Origin: a virus
Taxonomy: Duplodnaviria > Caudoviricetes
DNA: 64,000 nucleotides
Reading direction: 5' to 3' (one strand)
Virus record (IMG/VR): IMGVR_UViG_3300029288_001872
Coordinates: 96,001 to 160,000 of that record
Position numbers and translations under genes: made by a program
Shown: piece after piece, positions 53,716 through 62,388 of the stretch
How positions within the stretch are numbered: the stretch's first letter is position 1
How the letters are laid out: the number at the start of each line of letters is the position of its first letter
The notes under the pieces: generated by a model
The model's database searches: none
The model's input: the letters and a program-made list of their open reading frames with translations, nothing else
Told to the model about the DNA's origin: nothing

Positions 53716-54296
53716 TTAGGGAAGAAATAACAAAGTTAGAAAAGAAATATAAAACTATCTATATTGACCCACCTTGGCCAGAAAGAGGAGGTGGAAAAAT
53801 CAAAAGGGGAGCAGATAAACATTACCCTCTTATGTCTATCAACGAAATCCTTGAATTAAAAATTCAGTCTTTAGTTCAAGAAGATGGGGCACATCTTTAT
53901 TTATGGGTGACTAACAATTTTTTACTTACTGGTTTGAAGGCAATGGACAGATGGGGATTCAGATATGTAACTATAATCACTTGGGCAAAAGATAAAATTG
54001 GATTGGGGCAATATTTTAGAGGTCTCAGTGAACATCTCCTTTTTGGAGTATGTGGGAAACTTCCTTATCGTTTTAAAGAAAATGGAAAGCGCGCCCAAGG
54101 AAAGACTTTAATTTTTAGTCCTAAAACTAAACATTCTGAAAAACCAGAAGAATTTAGAAGAATGATTGAAACAGTAAGTTATCCTCCTTACTTAGAAGTT
54201 TTTGGGAGAAATAAATGTATTGGTTGGGATGTTATTGGGAATGATGTTTCAGAATTTCTAAAAAATAGTTCTAAAACCAATGATTTAGGTTTTTAA
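53712..54296 (+). CDS. MT-A70 family adenine methyltransferase
   Basis: IDPPW, HYPLM, LYLWVT, HSEKP, LEVFGR. Confidence 0.92.
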   Translation: MIREEITKLEKKYKTIYIDPPWPERGGGKIKRGADKHYPLMSINEILELKIQSLVQEDGAHLYLWVTNNFLLTGLKAMDRWGFRYVTIITWAKDKIGLGQYFRGLSEHLLFGVCGKLPYRFKENGKRAQGKTLIFSPKTKHSEKPEEFRRMIETVSYPPYLEVFGRNKCIGWDVIGNDVSEFLKNSSKTNDLGF

Positions 54297-54304
54297 ACCA
54301 CTAT

Positions 54305-54380
54305 GCGGGGATAGCTCAATTGGTAGAGCGCAGACCTTCCCGGTCTGAGGTTGAAGGATCATACCCTTCTCCCCGCTCCA
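54305..54380 (+). tRNA. tRNA-Gly(TCC), atypical loops
   Basis: GCGGGGA/TCCCCGC acceptor, CAGAC-CTTCCCG-GTCTG arm, T-loop ATCATAC, TCCA end. Confidence 0.85.
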
Positions 54381-54411
54381 ATTCCAAGAGTCCAAAAAAT
54401 TTTACCTCTAG

Positions 54412-54464
54412 AGTACAAAAAATTGAACTTTTCTATTGCGCCCACCTTCCAGAAATTCTATAAT
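54412..54464 (+). promoter_or_regulatory. Palindromic box plus promoter
   Basis: AGTACAAAAAATTGAACT-N6-TTGCGC-N17-TATAAT. Confidence 0.65.
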
Positions 54465-54468
54465 ATAG

Positions 54469-54768
54469 ATGAGAGAAGAAACCATGAAATTTTTAATTAA
54501 GCACTTTCCCCAGATTCCTTGCAAACCTTTTGAAATTCCAGTAGAAAATGTGGAAGAGGCGGTCAAAATCATGGATATTTTGGCCGACTATGACTTATTT
54601 CAATTTTACAATAAAATTAAACCAGATTATGCAAATACCACCGTTCTTTGTATGTGGGACGAAGAAGAAAAAGATTGGATTGATTGGTATATAGAATTAG
54701 AAGATGGCAATTATTTTGATGATCCACAGGAATATCTGGAATATTTAGAAAACAAAAAGGAGGAATAA
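54469..54768 (+). CDS. P22 gp17-like protein (often annotated superinfection exclusion)
   Basis: HFPQIPCKPF...LADYDLFQ...KPDYAN. Confidence 0.65.
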   Translation: MREETMKFLIKHFPQIPCKPFEIPVENVEEAVKIMDILADYDLFQFYNKIKPDYANTTVLCMWDEEEKDWIDWYIELEDGNYFDDPQEYLEYLENKKEE

Positions 54769-54946
54769 ATTGTCAGTTTCTTATTTTGATCCAGAATGTT
54801 TTTGTCCATTTTGTGAATGGGTGGGTGATTATGATGATACGATTTCAGATTTTATTCAAGAGGTTTATCTATGCCCTATTTGTAGAAAAGAAGTTAGAGA
54901 TATGAAGACAGACAATAATATAGCCAAAGGGAGAATAAATGATTAG

Positions 54947-55624
54947 ATGAAAATTTGTTGGGATAACTTAGAGATAATATTTTTAAGTAGAAATGGAACT
55001 TTTAGAAACACAAAAAATGGAAATATTTTACAAGAACACGAGAAATGCAGAGTATGTAAAGAACCATTTTTGGGAACAAAAACTGGACAATATTGTAGCC
55101 ATAAATGTGCAATGGAATCAGAAGAAAGAAATGGAAAAATAGGTGAAATTCACAAAGGAAGAATATTCTCAGAAGAACACAAGTTAAAACTTCACATTGC
55201 TCAACAAAATAGAAAACCAATTTCAGAATCAACTAGAAAAAAGATGAGTGACGCTAGAAAGAAAAACAATCCGAGTTATGGTGGTCTTTCTGAAGAACAC
55301 AAAAAGAAAATAGGCGATGCGGGAAGAGGAGAAAAAAGCCATTTTTGGAAAGGAGGAATTGCTTATGAGCCATATTGTCCTTTATGGGGGAATAAAGAGT
55401 ATAAAAATTGGATAAAGTTTGAAAGAGATGAGGGGGAGTGTCAGAACCCATTATGTGAACATAAATCAAATAGATTGACATTGCATCATATTAATTATGT
55501 AAAGAAAGATTGTAGGCCAGTAAATTTGATAACTTTATGTAATTCTTGTAATAGCAAAGCAAATATAGATAGAGAATGGCATACTGCTTTTTATCAAGAA
55601 ATTATAAGAAGAAAGTTAATATGA
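54947..55624 (+). CDS. HNH homing endonuclease, paralogue of 43146
   Basis: Shared MKICW(D/E)NLE start; LHHINY...NLITLCNSCNS. Confidence 0.85.
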   Translation: MKICWDNLEIIFLSRNGTFRNTKNGNILQEHEKCRVCKEPFLGTKTGQYCSHKCAMESEERNGKIGEIHKGRIFSEEHKLKLHIAQQNRKPISESTRKKMSDARKKNNPSYGGLSEEHKKKIGDAGRGEKSHFWKGGIAYEPYCPLWGNKEYKNWIKFERDEGECQNPLCEHKSNRLTLHHINYVKKDCRPVNLITLCNSCNSKANIDREWHTAFYQEIIRRKLI

Positions 55625-56738
55625 TGTTCTAATGGAGGATAAATGAAACTTTTACATATTACACCACGAAGATGGGGGAAAACAACAAGTTGTATTTCTG
55701 AATTTATAAAATATTGTGATTCTGGCGAATTTGGTTTATTGATTTTTCCAACATATCAGGTGAAAAAGATTTATCTGAATAAAATTCCACTTCAATTAAA
55801 AGATTTTGTTGTTTCTCTTGAAACTTACAACGGATTTGGTCTTGGGATTTCTGTGAATAAATTATTCTTAGATGAATTTGATATGATTTATCAGAAGAAT
55901 TTGAGAACTTTAATTAACGACTTAGATTTCCCAGATATAGAAGGGTGGACAACCGCCAATAAAATTTATGATAGAAATTTATTTGAAGCGGCAAAAGAGA
56001 ATAAGAAAAGTAAAACTTTTTTGAATCGTTATCAATATGACTATTTTGTCAAAAATAAAAAATTAGATGAATATATTTATCTTTATGACAGTATTTTGAC
56101 AGACACAGATTCAAAGATTATTCAACATGATTATACAAATAGACATTTAGCTTTAGAAATGATAAATGAAGCGCGTCAAATGTTGGATGAAGAAACTTTT
56201 TGTTGTGAATTTGAAGGACAATTTTTAACCATATAAACAGGAGAAATTAACTAATGCCTAAGTTTAAAGTACGCCATTTGATGTTTGTGCCTTACTGGGT
56301 TTACACGGAAGTTGAAGCAAAAAGTGTAGATGATGCCATTGAAGAATGGAACGAATCAGAGGAACCAGGAGAAATTGATTTTGACAACATGCCAGAAGAT
56401 ATTGATTTTGTTTATGACTTTGATGCGGCTGAAATAGAAATAAATGGTGAATTTTGTCCCATCTATGAATCTGAAGATGACGAAGATGGAATTGTTGGGA
56501 ATGCATAAATGAAAAAATTTAATATCAGATATCCAAAATACATTCCTTACTGGGCATATGCCGAAGTTGAGGCAGAAAACATTGATGATGCGTTGGAACT
56601 TCTTGAAGATGAACCTGACAGATATGAATTGGACGTTGGAGAAGAAGTTGTTGAAATGCACGAATCAAACGCTATTGAATTTGCTGAACTTGAAGTTGAC
56701 GGAAAGTATATTTCTGTTGATTTAGTAGGAGATGATTA

Positions 56739-57284
56739 ATGAATGATTATGCTAAAGATATTTCTATTCAAAAAGATTCATTAGATTCTGAATGGTTGAC
56801 TCATCCAGATAAAGTTTATCAATATGCTAAACTTCATGCCGATGCTACAGATGAAAGAAATCGAACTAAAGAAAAACTCAATGTGGTTGATTCTGAATTG
56901 TGGCTTAAAGCAAGAAGCAATCCAAAAGACAATCTGCCTGATGTGCCTGAAAATAAAATAAGTGAAGCAGTAATCAAGGCATGGATAATCACTCAGCCAA
57001 ACTATAAAGAAGCATTGGAAGAATATCTAAAGGCTTGCCACAAGGTTGATATTCTTAAAAGCGCGGTAAACGCTTTGGATGCCAGAAAAGCAGCATTGGG
57101 AAATTTAGTCAGTTTATGGCTTGCGAAATATTTTTCTACACCAAAAGTGGAAGAAAGTTATAGGGAAGAAGTTGAACAATCAGTTGAAGAAGATTTTAGA
57201 AAAGTTCAACTTGAAGGACTTAAAGATATGGAACCACAACTAAAAACACTAAAGAGGAAGAAGAAAAATGAAGGATCAGATTAA
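56739..57284 (+). CDS. UvsY-like recombination mediator (tentative)
   Basis: Helical protein with ISEAVIKAWI...ALDARK; lies near SSB and RecA genes. Confidence 0.5.
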   Translation: MNDYAKDISIQKDSLDSEWLTHPDKVYQYAKLHADATDERNRTKEKLNVVDSELWLKARSNPKDNLPDVPENKISEAVIKAWIITQPNYKEALEEYLKACHKVDILKSAVNALDARKAALGNLVSLWLAKYFSTPKVEESYREEVEQSVEEDFRKVQLEGLKDMEPQLKTLKRKKKNEGSD

Positions 57285-57764
57285 TTCAATAATTAGTCAA
57301 ATAGTTGATGTGGTTGAAAACATAAGCGAAAACGAAAAGCTATGGACTGCGCTTACTAAAATAATGAACCAAGCAAAGAATAGTGCAATTGAAGTTGGTG
57401 CTACAAACAAGGAAGCAATTGCTTTTGCTTTAAGACTCGGCGAACAATTTCAAATCGCAAAACCAACATGAAATACATAGACTTTTCAATTATGCAACAA
57501 AATGGTATGGTGGAATATCCAGATGGTCAATGTTCGCATGGATATCCAGAAGATATTGACTGCCCAGAATGTATAAAAGATAGATATAATGATGAAATTA
57601 TTATCTTAGAGGAGGAATTAAACAACAGAGATGAACTACTTTTGAAAATAAAAGATTTTTTGTTTGGTTTATCTAATTCAACGAAAGCGATAGGTTTATG
57701 GGAAGAAATAGAAGAAATTCTTCCAGAAGATGAAAGAGGATTTTAAATTTTAAGGAGAAGAAGT

Positions 57765-58784
57765 ATGAGTTTATCAGAAGAACAGAGAAAGAAATTGTAT
57801 GATGAACACGCGATGGATGGAGCACATCAACAATCTTACAACAGTAGGGATGCAGGTGGTTTCAAAGGTATCTTTGACAGGGAAAAATGTCAGAAGTATG
57901 GAGTTAATTTCTGGAAGGCTCAACCAGGAGAACATTTAATTGACATTCTTCCATATTTAGCTGGTGAAAATGCGCCTTATGTAGATGGAGTGAAAGCCAA
58001 ACCTGACTCTCCGGCTTATGTGGTGGACATCTATGTGCATCAGAAAGTTGGGATAAATAACGATCAATACATTTGTTTACAGAAATCATATCGCAAGTAT
58101 TGTCCGATTTGTGATGAGATGGAAAAAGGAGAATATACACCAGAAGAATTGGATGGAATGCGTTCTAAACGTAGGGTTATTTATGCTGTTCTAGATTTAG
58201 ATGCAACTTCTAAGGGTGTTCAAATTTGGGAAACTTCTCATTTCAAAATGGAAAAGAAGTTGCAATATCGAGCAAAACGTCCTCGTGGTGGGGGTTATGT
58301 AAACTATTCTCATGCTAAGAATGGGAAGTCTATTGCTTTCACTGTTCTAACAGACCAATATAAAAATTATGATGGTCACGATTTCATTGATAGAGACGGA
58401 CCTATTGATGAAGACCTTTTGGCAAAGGTTCCTTGTCTGGACGATTTGTTGCATATTCCCGATGCTGATGAAGTTAAACGAGCCTTTTTTGGCCAGGAAG
58501 GGGATGAACCAGAACAAGAAATGGTAAAAGAAAGAGAGCCAGAACTAGAAAGAACAATGAAATATGCGCCTGAACCAGAACATGAATCTGGTGATAAAGA
58601 AGAAGTAAAAGAAGTTGCAACAAACAAAAGTAATAAATGTCCAATCGGGGTGACATTCGGGGCTGACTTTGATCAATACGAAGATTGTGACGAATGTGTT
58701 GTTCGTGTTGAATGTAAGCGAGAAAAAGAAGGTCCACCCAAAGATAATGTAACACCTATGCCTCGTCGTAGGAAGAAGGAATAA
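57765..58784 (+). CDS. gp32-like ssDNA-binding protein
   Basis: IDILPY, H...C...CPICD, GVQIW, acidic tail, terminal Cys4 motif. Confidence 0.6.
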   Translation: MSLSEEQRKKLYDEHAMDGAHQQSYNSRDAGGFKGIFDREKCQKYGVNFWKAQPGEHLIDILPYLAGENAPYVDGVKAKPDSPAYVVDIYVHQKVGINNDQYICLQKSYRKYCPICDEMEKGEYTPEELDGMRSKRRVIYAVLDLDATSKGVQIWETSHFKMEKKLQYRAKRPRGGGYVNYSHAKNGKSIAFTVLTDQYKNYDGHDFIDRDGPIDEDLLAKVPCLDDLLHIPDADEVKRAFFGQEGDEPEQEMVKEREPELERTMKYAPEPEHESGDKEEVKEVATNKSNKCPIGVTFGADFDQYEDCDECVVRVECKREKEGPPKDNVTPMPRRRKKE

Positions 58785-58808
58785 ACAGAAACTTTTTCTG
58801 CTGACCTA

Positions 58809-58837
58809 TTGACAAACATTGGGAAAAATTCTACAAT
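58809..58837 (+). promoter_or_regulatory. sigma70-type promoter for the RAMP gene/array locus
   Basis: TTGACA-N17-TACAAT; leader hairpin CCTGTCCCATC/GGTGGGGCAGG at about 58883-58911. Confidence 0.65.
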
Positions 58838-58991
58838 AAAGATAGTCAAAATTTTCATTTCCCATCCTCCTAAACCCCTAACCCTGTCCCATCTGAAAAT
58901 GGTGGGGCAGGAACTTTTGCCAAAAATTAGGCGCTATGTCCCAGCGTTAAACCAAGGGACTTAAACCATAAAAGAGAGAGGTAAGCAAAAA

Positions 58992-59651
58992 ATGGCAGCA
59001 AAGAAAGACGTAACTGGAATTGTTCCAAGAAAAGATGTGGCAATCCCGCCTCCACAATTTCAAACTGTTGAGTTTACAATTGTTGGTGATGCTCCTTATG
59101 TCCAACAAAGATTTTCTCAGAAGGCAATTGAGCAAATCAAGGCGGTCCAACTGGCAGGTTCCAAGAGCAAGAAAGGAAAGGCTCGCGAACCAAAAGATTT
59201 TCAAGAATGTTATGAACAAGCTAAACACATTTCGACAGAAGGCTGGTGTGGTATTCCTGCATCTTCCTTTCGTGCTGCAATGATTTCTGCTTGTCGTTTG
59301 GTTGGGTTTAAGATGACTTTGGCTAAACTTTCAATTTTCATTCCTGCTGATGGTTTTGATGTGGTTGATGGAACACCATTGATTAAGTTTTCTAAAGGCG
59401 AACCGCGCTATGTTGAACACGCTATGAGAATTCCTGGTATTGGTGGCGGAGGTACAGATATTCGCCCTCGTCCGATGTGGGACCCAGGTTGGGAAGCAAA
59501 AGTGCGTGTCACTTTTGATGAGGCGCAATTTTCCGCGGAAGATGTAACCAATTTGATGATGAGGGTTGGTATGCAAGTTGGTTTGGGTGAAGGTCGCCCC
59601 GATTCCAGAAGTAGTGTTGGTATGGGATGGGGGACTTTCCAACTGAAATAA
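58992..59651 (+). CDS. Stand-alone RAMP (Cas7/Csm3-like) protein
   Basis: Beta1 VEFTIVGDAPY; GIPASSFRAAM similar to RAMP IPGSSLKGA; C-terminal G-rich loop GLGEGRP-x5-GMGWGTF. Confidence 0.8.
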   Translation: MAAKKDVTGIVPRKDVAIPPPQFQTVEFTIVGDAPYVQQRFSQKAIEQIKAVQLAGSKSKKGKAREPKDFQECYEQAKHISTEGWCGIPASSFRAAMISACRLVGFKMTLAKLSIFIPADGFDVVDGTPLIKFSKGEPRYVEHAMRIPGIGGGGTDIRPRPMWDPGWEAKVRVTFDEAQFSAEDVTNLMMRVGMQVGLGEGRPDSRSSVGMGWGTFQLK

Positions 59652-59703
59652 AATAAGTGTTCTTGAGGGGGTTCTTATAAAGAGAATCTTCTCAAGAAAT
59701 TAT

Positions 59704-60370
59704 GGCAGGCGTGACGACACAAGTTCAGATAGGGAGAGATGCGTTGGGGTGAGTCTTGGACTGTTAAGGCAGGTAAGACATGGCAAGTAAGACATGGCAA
59801 GTTGCAACCAGATATGTTATGGCGGTTTAAGTTATGGTTCGGCAGGCTATGCTAGTCGGGCTGAGGCTGGTTGAGACCCGTTAGGTTATGGCAGGTGTGA
59901 CATGACAAGTGATATACGATTAGTTGAGTTAGGTTTTGGTTGATCGTGTTATGGTTTGGCAGGCCAAGAGTGATGAGATATGTCTTGGTAGGTTAAATTA
60001 TGGCGGGGAGTATCATGACACGGCAGGTATGACGAGACGCCACGAGAGAAGACAAGGAGTGTTGCTGTGCGACTTAACAAGGCAGGCAATTCCTCCTCTT
60101 GGCTAGTCGGGGCTTGGCAGGCGTGTTGAGACTTTACAAGTTGAGTGTAATGAGTTAAGTTCTGTCACGATAGGGTTAGGCAAAGCAGGTACGACGACAC
60201 AAGTTATGGTAAGTTCTGGGTGTTACAATGTGTTGGGTTCAGGCAAGGGTGGCAGGCTATGCTAGTCAGGTTGAGATTAGTTGAGATGATTTCTGGCGAG
60301 TTAAGACATAGCAGGTAGGATGAGTTACGTCCTGATAAGGTTTGTTCTGTCCTGATTTGTCAAGGCAGGC
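59704..60370 (+). repeat. Array 1: 11 units of degenerate (GNN-NN)n pentamers delimited by (G/A)GCAGG
   Basis: Delimiters at 59704, 59768, 59841, 59890, 59958, 60022, 60081, 60116, 60184, 60251, 60310, 60364; unit lengths 4+5n or within a small indel of it. Confidence 0.9.
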
Positions 60371-60401
60371 AAGATAAATAATTAACCACAAGGAGAACTA
60401 A

Positions 60402-60890
60402 ATGATGGTAAAGAAACATTTGGATGAGTTGAACCAAATTATGGAAGAAAATGGTGGATTACTTCGAGCGGAAGATGTTGTTGAATTCGCCAAAAATCCT
60501 AAGACAACTTTGCATAATGCGTTTGAGTGGGATGATAAGAAGGCTTCTTATAAATGGAGGTTATTTCAAGCCAATCAACTCATCAGAGTTGCAGTTACTA
60601 TTCTCCCAAGAGAAAACCAAGAACCCATTATGGTTCGGCCTTTCGTCAGTTTGAAAGAAGACAGATATAATGGTGGAGGTTATCGTTCCACACTGGAAGT
60701 AATGGAAAGTCCAATTCTCAGAAAAACGCTATTGGATGAAGCTAAAGAGGATATGCAAACTTTCATGGATAAATACAAATCTTTGGAAGAACTTGCGGAA
60801 GTCTTTGTTGCAATGGAACCTTTAATTGTTCCACCACCCACTAAAGGACAAAGAAAGTATAAAAGGGTTGAACAACAATTATCAGCTTGA
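60402..60890 (+). CDS. Conserved phage protein embedded between the two arrays
   Basis: LRAEDVVEFAKNPKTTLHNAFEWDD...WRLFQANQLI; RBS AAGGAG. Confidence 0.7.
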   Translation: MMVKKHLDELNQIMEENGGLLRAEDVVEFAKNPKTTLHNAFEWDDKKASYKWRLFQANQLIRVAVTILPRENQEPIMVRPFVSLKEDRYNGGGYRSTLEVMESPILRKTLLDEAKEDMQTFMDKYKSLEELAEVFVAMEPLIVPPPTKGQRKYKRVEQQLSA

Positions 60891-60900
60891 TGTTTTATAT

Positions 60901-61264
60901 GGCAGGTATGGCACGTTTCGATTTGGTAGGACATGGTGTGTTTGGTCGCATTCTGGTACTTCAAGGCAGGTGTAACAAAGACGAGTCGAGATGAGTTCGG
61001 TTGTGGTGAGTTTTAATATGGAAAGATACGTTGAGGTTCGATACGGCAGGTAAGACAAGATAAGACAAGGAGTGGTGCTACTTGCCCCGATTTGTTAGGT
61101 TGAGGAGTTATACGGCAGGTCAGACGTGTCCGGTTGAGACAAGACATGGTGGGATATGACACGGTTTGTCGGGTTGAGATAAGCAAGGCATGGCAGGCGC
61201 GGCAGGTTGAGGCATGGCGCAATGTGACGTGGTGCGCTGGGGCAAGACAAGAAGAGACATAGCA
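60901..61264 (+). repeat. Array 2: pentamer units delimited by GGCAGG
   Basis: Delimiters at 60901, 60965, 61045, 61114, 61192, 61201 and a terminal AGCA at 61261. Confidence 0.9.
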
Positions 61265-61287
61265 ATTTTATTTTGAAGGAGAAATAA

Positions 61288-62388
61288 ATGGCAGGACCAA
61301 AGAAAAGAGAAATATCAGATACGGTAAGTCAAATCAAAGAAGTTGCAAATTCTCCTATTGTTACTGATGATTCACGGGTGGATTTCCTTGATTCTGGAAG
61401 TACATTGTTGAATTTGGCGGCAAGTCAATTTGGTAAGAATGGAGGTTGGGCGCGAGGTCGAATTATCAATATTGTCGGTGATAAAAGTTCAGGTAAATCA
61501 ATCACTTGCATTGAAGCCTGCGCTAATGCCTTCTACAATATTGGAAAGGTAAAATCAAAAATTTATCCAGATGTCCAACAAATTAATATAGTTTACAATA
61601 ATTCAGAAGGGGTTCTTGACTTCCCAATCGAAACCATGTACGGTAAAGCATTTAATGAGTCGGTCAATTGGATTCAAACGCCGATTGCAGAATCTTTCGG
61701 ACGTGACTTTCAACAACGCCTTGCTGCTTTGAAGAAAGGTGAATTTATGTTATATGTTGTTGATTCAATTGATTCTTTGGTGTCTGAGGCTGCCGCAAAA
61801 AGAATGAGTCAAGTGTTGTCAGATAAAAAAGTAGATGGTAGTTATGGTGTTGAAAAAGCAAAATTTTTTAGTTCTGAATTCTTTAATCATCTTTGTGGAG
61901 CAATGAAGGGGAAAGATGCGACATTGATTTGTGTGTCTCAAGTTAGAGAAAATATCTCCACAATCAGTTTTGGAGAACGATATTATCGCACTGGTGGAAA
62001 GGCATTTGATTTTTATAGTCATCAAGTTTGTTGGCTTGCAGTTGTTGAAAAATTAAAAAAGACATTTCGTGGTCAAGAAAGAGTATACGGTGTAAAAACA
62101 CGAGCAAGATTTAAGAAATCTAAAGTATCAAAACCTTTCAGAGAAGCAGATTTTACAATTTTATTTGACTATGGTTTAGACAATGTTTCATCATTGGTTG
62201 ATTATTATTTCGGTCCAAAAGCGAAAGAAATTGAATGGAAAAACGAAAAGTTAAAAACACAAGATTTTCTCCAGCGGCTTGATAATTCACCAGAAGATTT
62301 GGAACTTTTGAAAGACTTGGTTGAAAAAGATTGGCTTGAAATTGAAGAACATGTCAAACCGGAACGCAAACCGAGGTGGACAGATTAA
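61288..62388 (+). CDS. recA: RecA/UvsX-like recombinase
   Basis: DSGST, GDKSSGKS, VVDSI, SQVRENI, TGGKAFDFY, SKVSKPFRE. Confidence 0.93.
   Translation: MAGPKKREISDTVSQIKEVANSPIVTDDSRVDFLDSGSTLLNLAASQFGKNGGWARGRIINIVGDKSSGKSITCIEACANAFYNIGKVKSKIYPDVQQINIVYNNSEGVLDFPIETMYGKAFNESVNWIQTPIAESFGRDFQQRLAALKKGEFMLYVVDSIDSLVSEAAAKRMSQVLSDKKVDGSYGVEKAKFFSSEFFNHLCGAMKGKDATLICVSQVRENISTISFGERYYRTGGKAFDFYSHQVCWLAVVEKLKKTFRGQERVYGVKTRARFKKSKVSKPFREADFTILFDYGLDNVSSLVDYYFGPKAKEIEWKNEKLKTQDFLQRLDNSPEDLELLKDLVEKDWLEIEEHVKPERKPRWTD

Noticed and set aside
61013-61222. 69-aa minus-strand ORF
   Set aside because: Lies wholly in array 2 and is a by-product of the repeat
59704-61264. Canonical CRISPR array beside a cas-like gene
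   Set aside because: The only constant element is 6 nt ((G/A)GCAGG), there is no 23-47 nt repeat, the intervening sequence has 5-nt periodicity, and cas1/cas2 are absent
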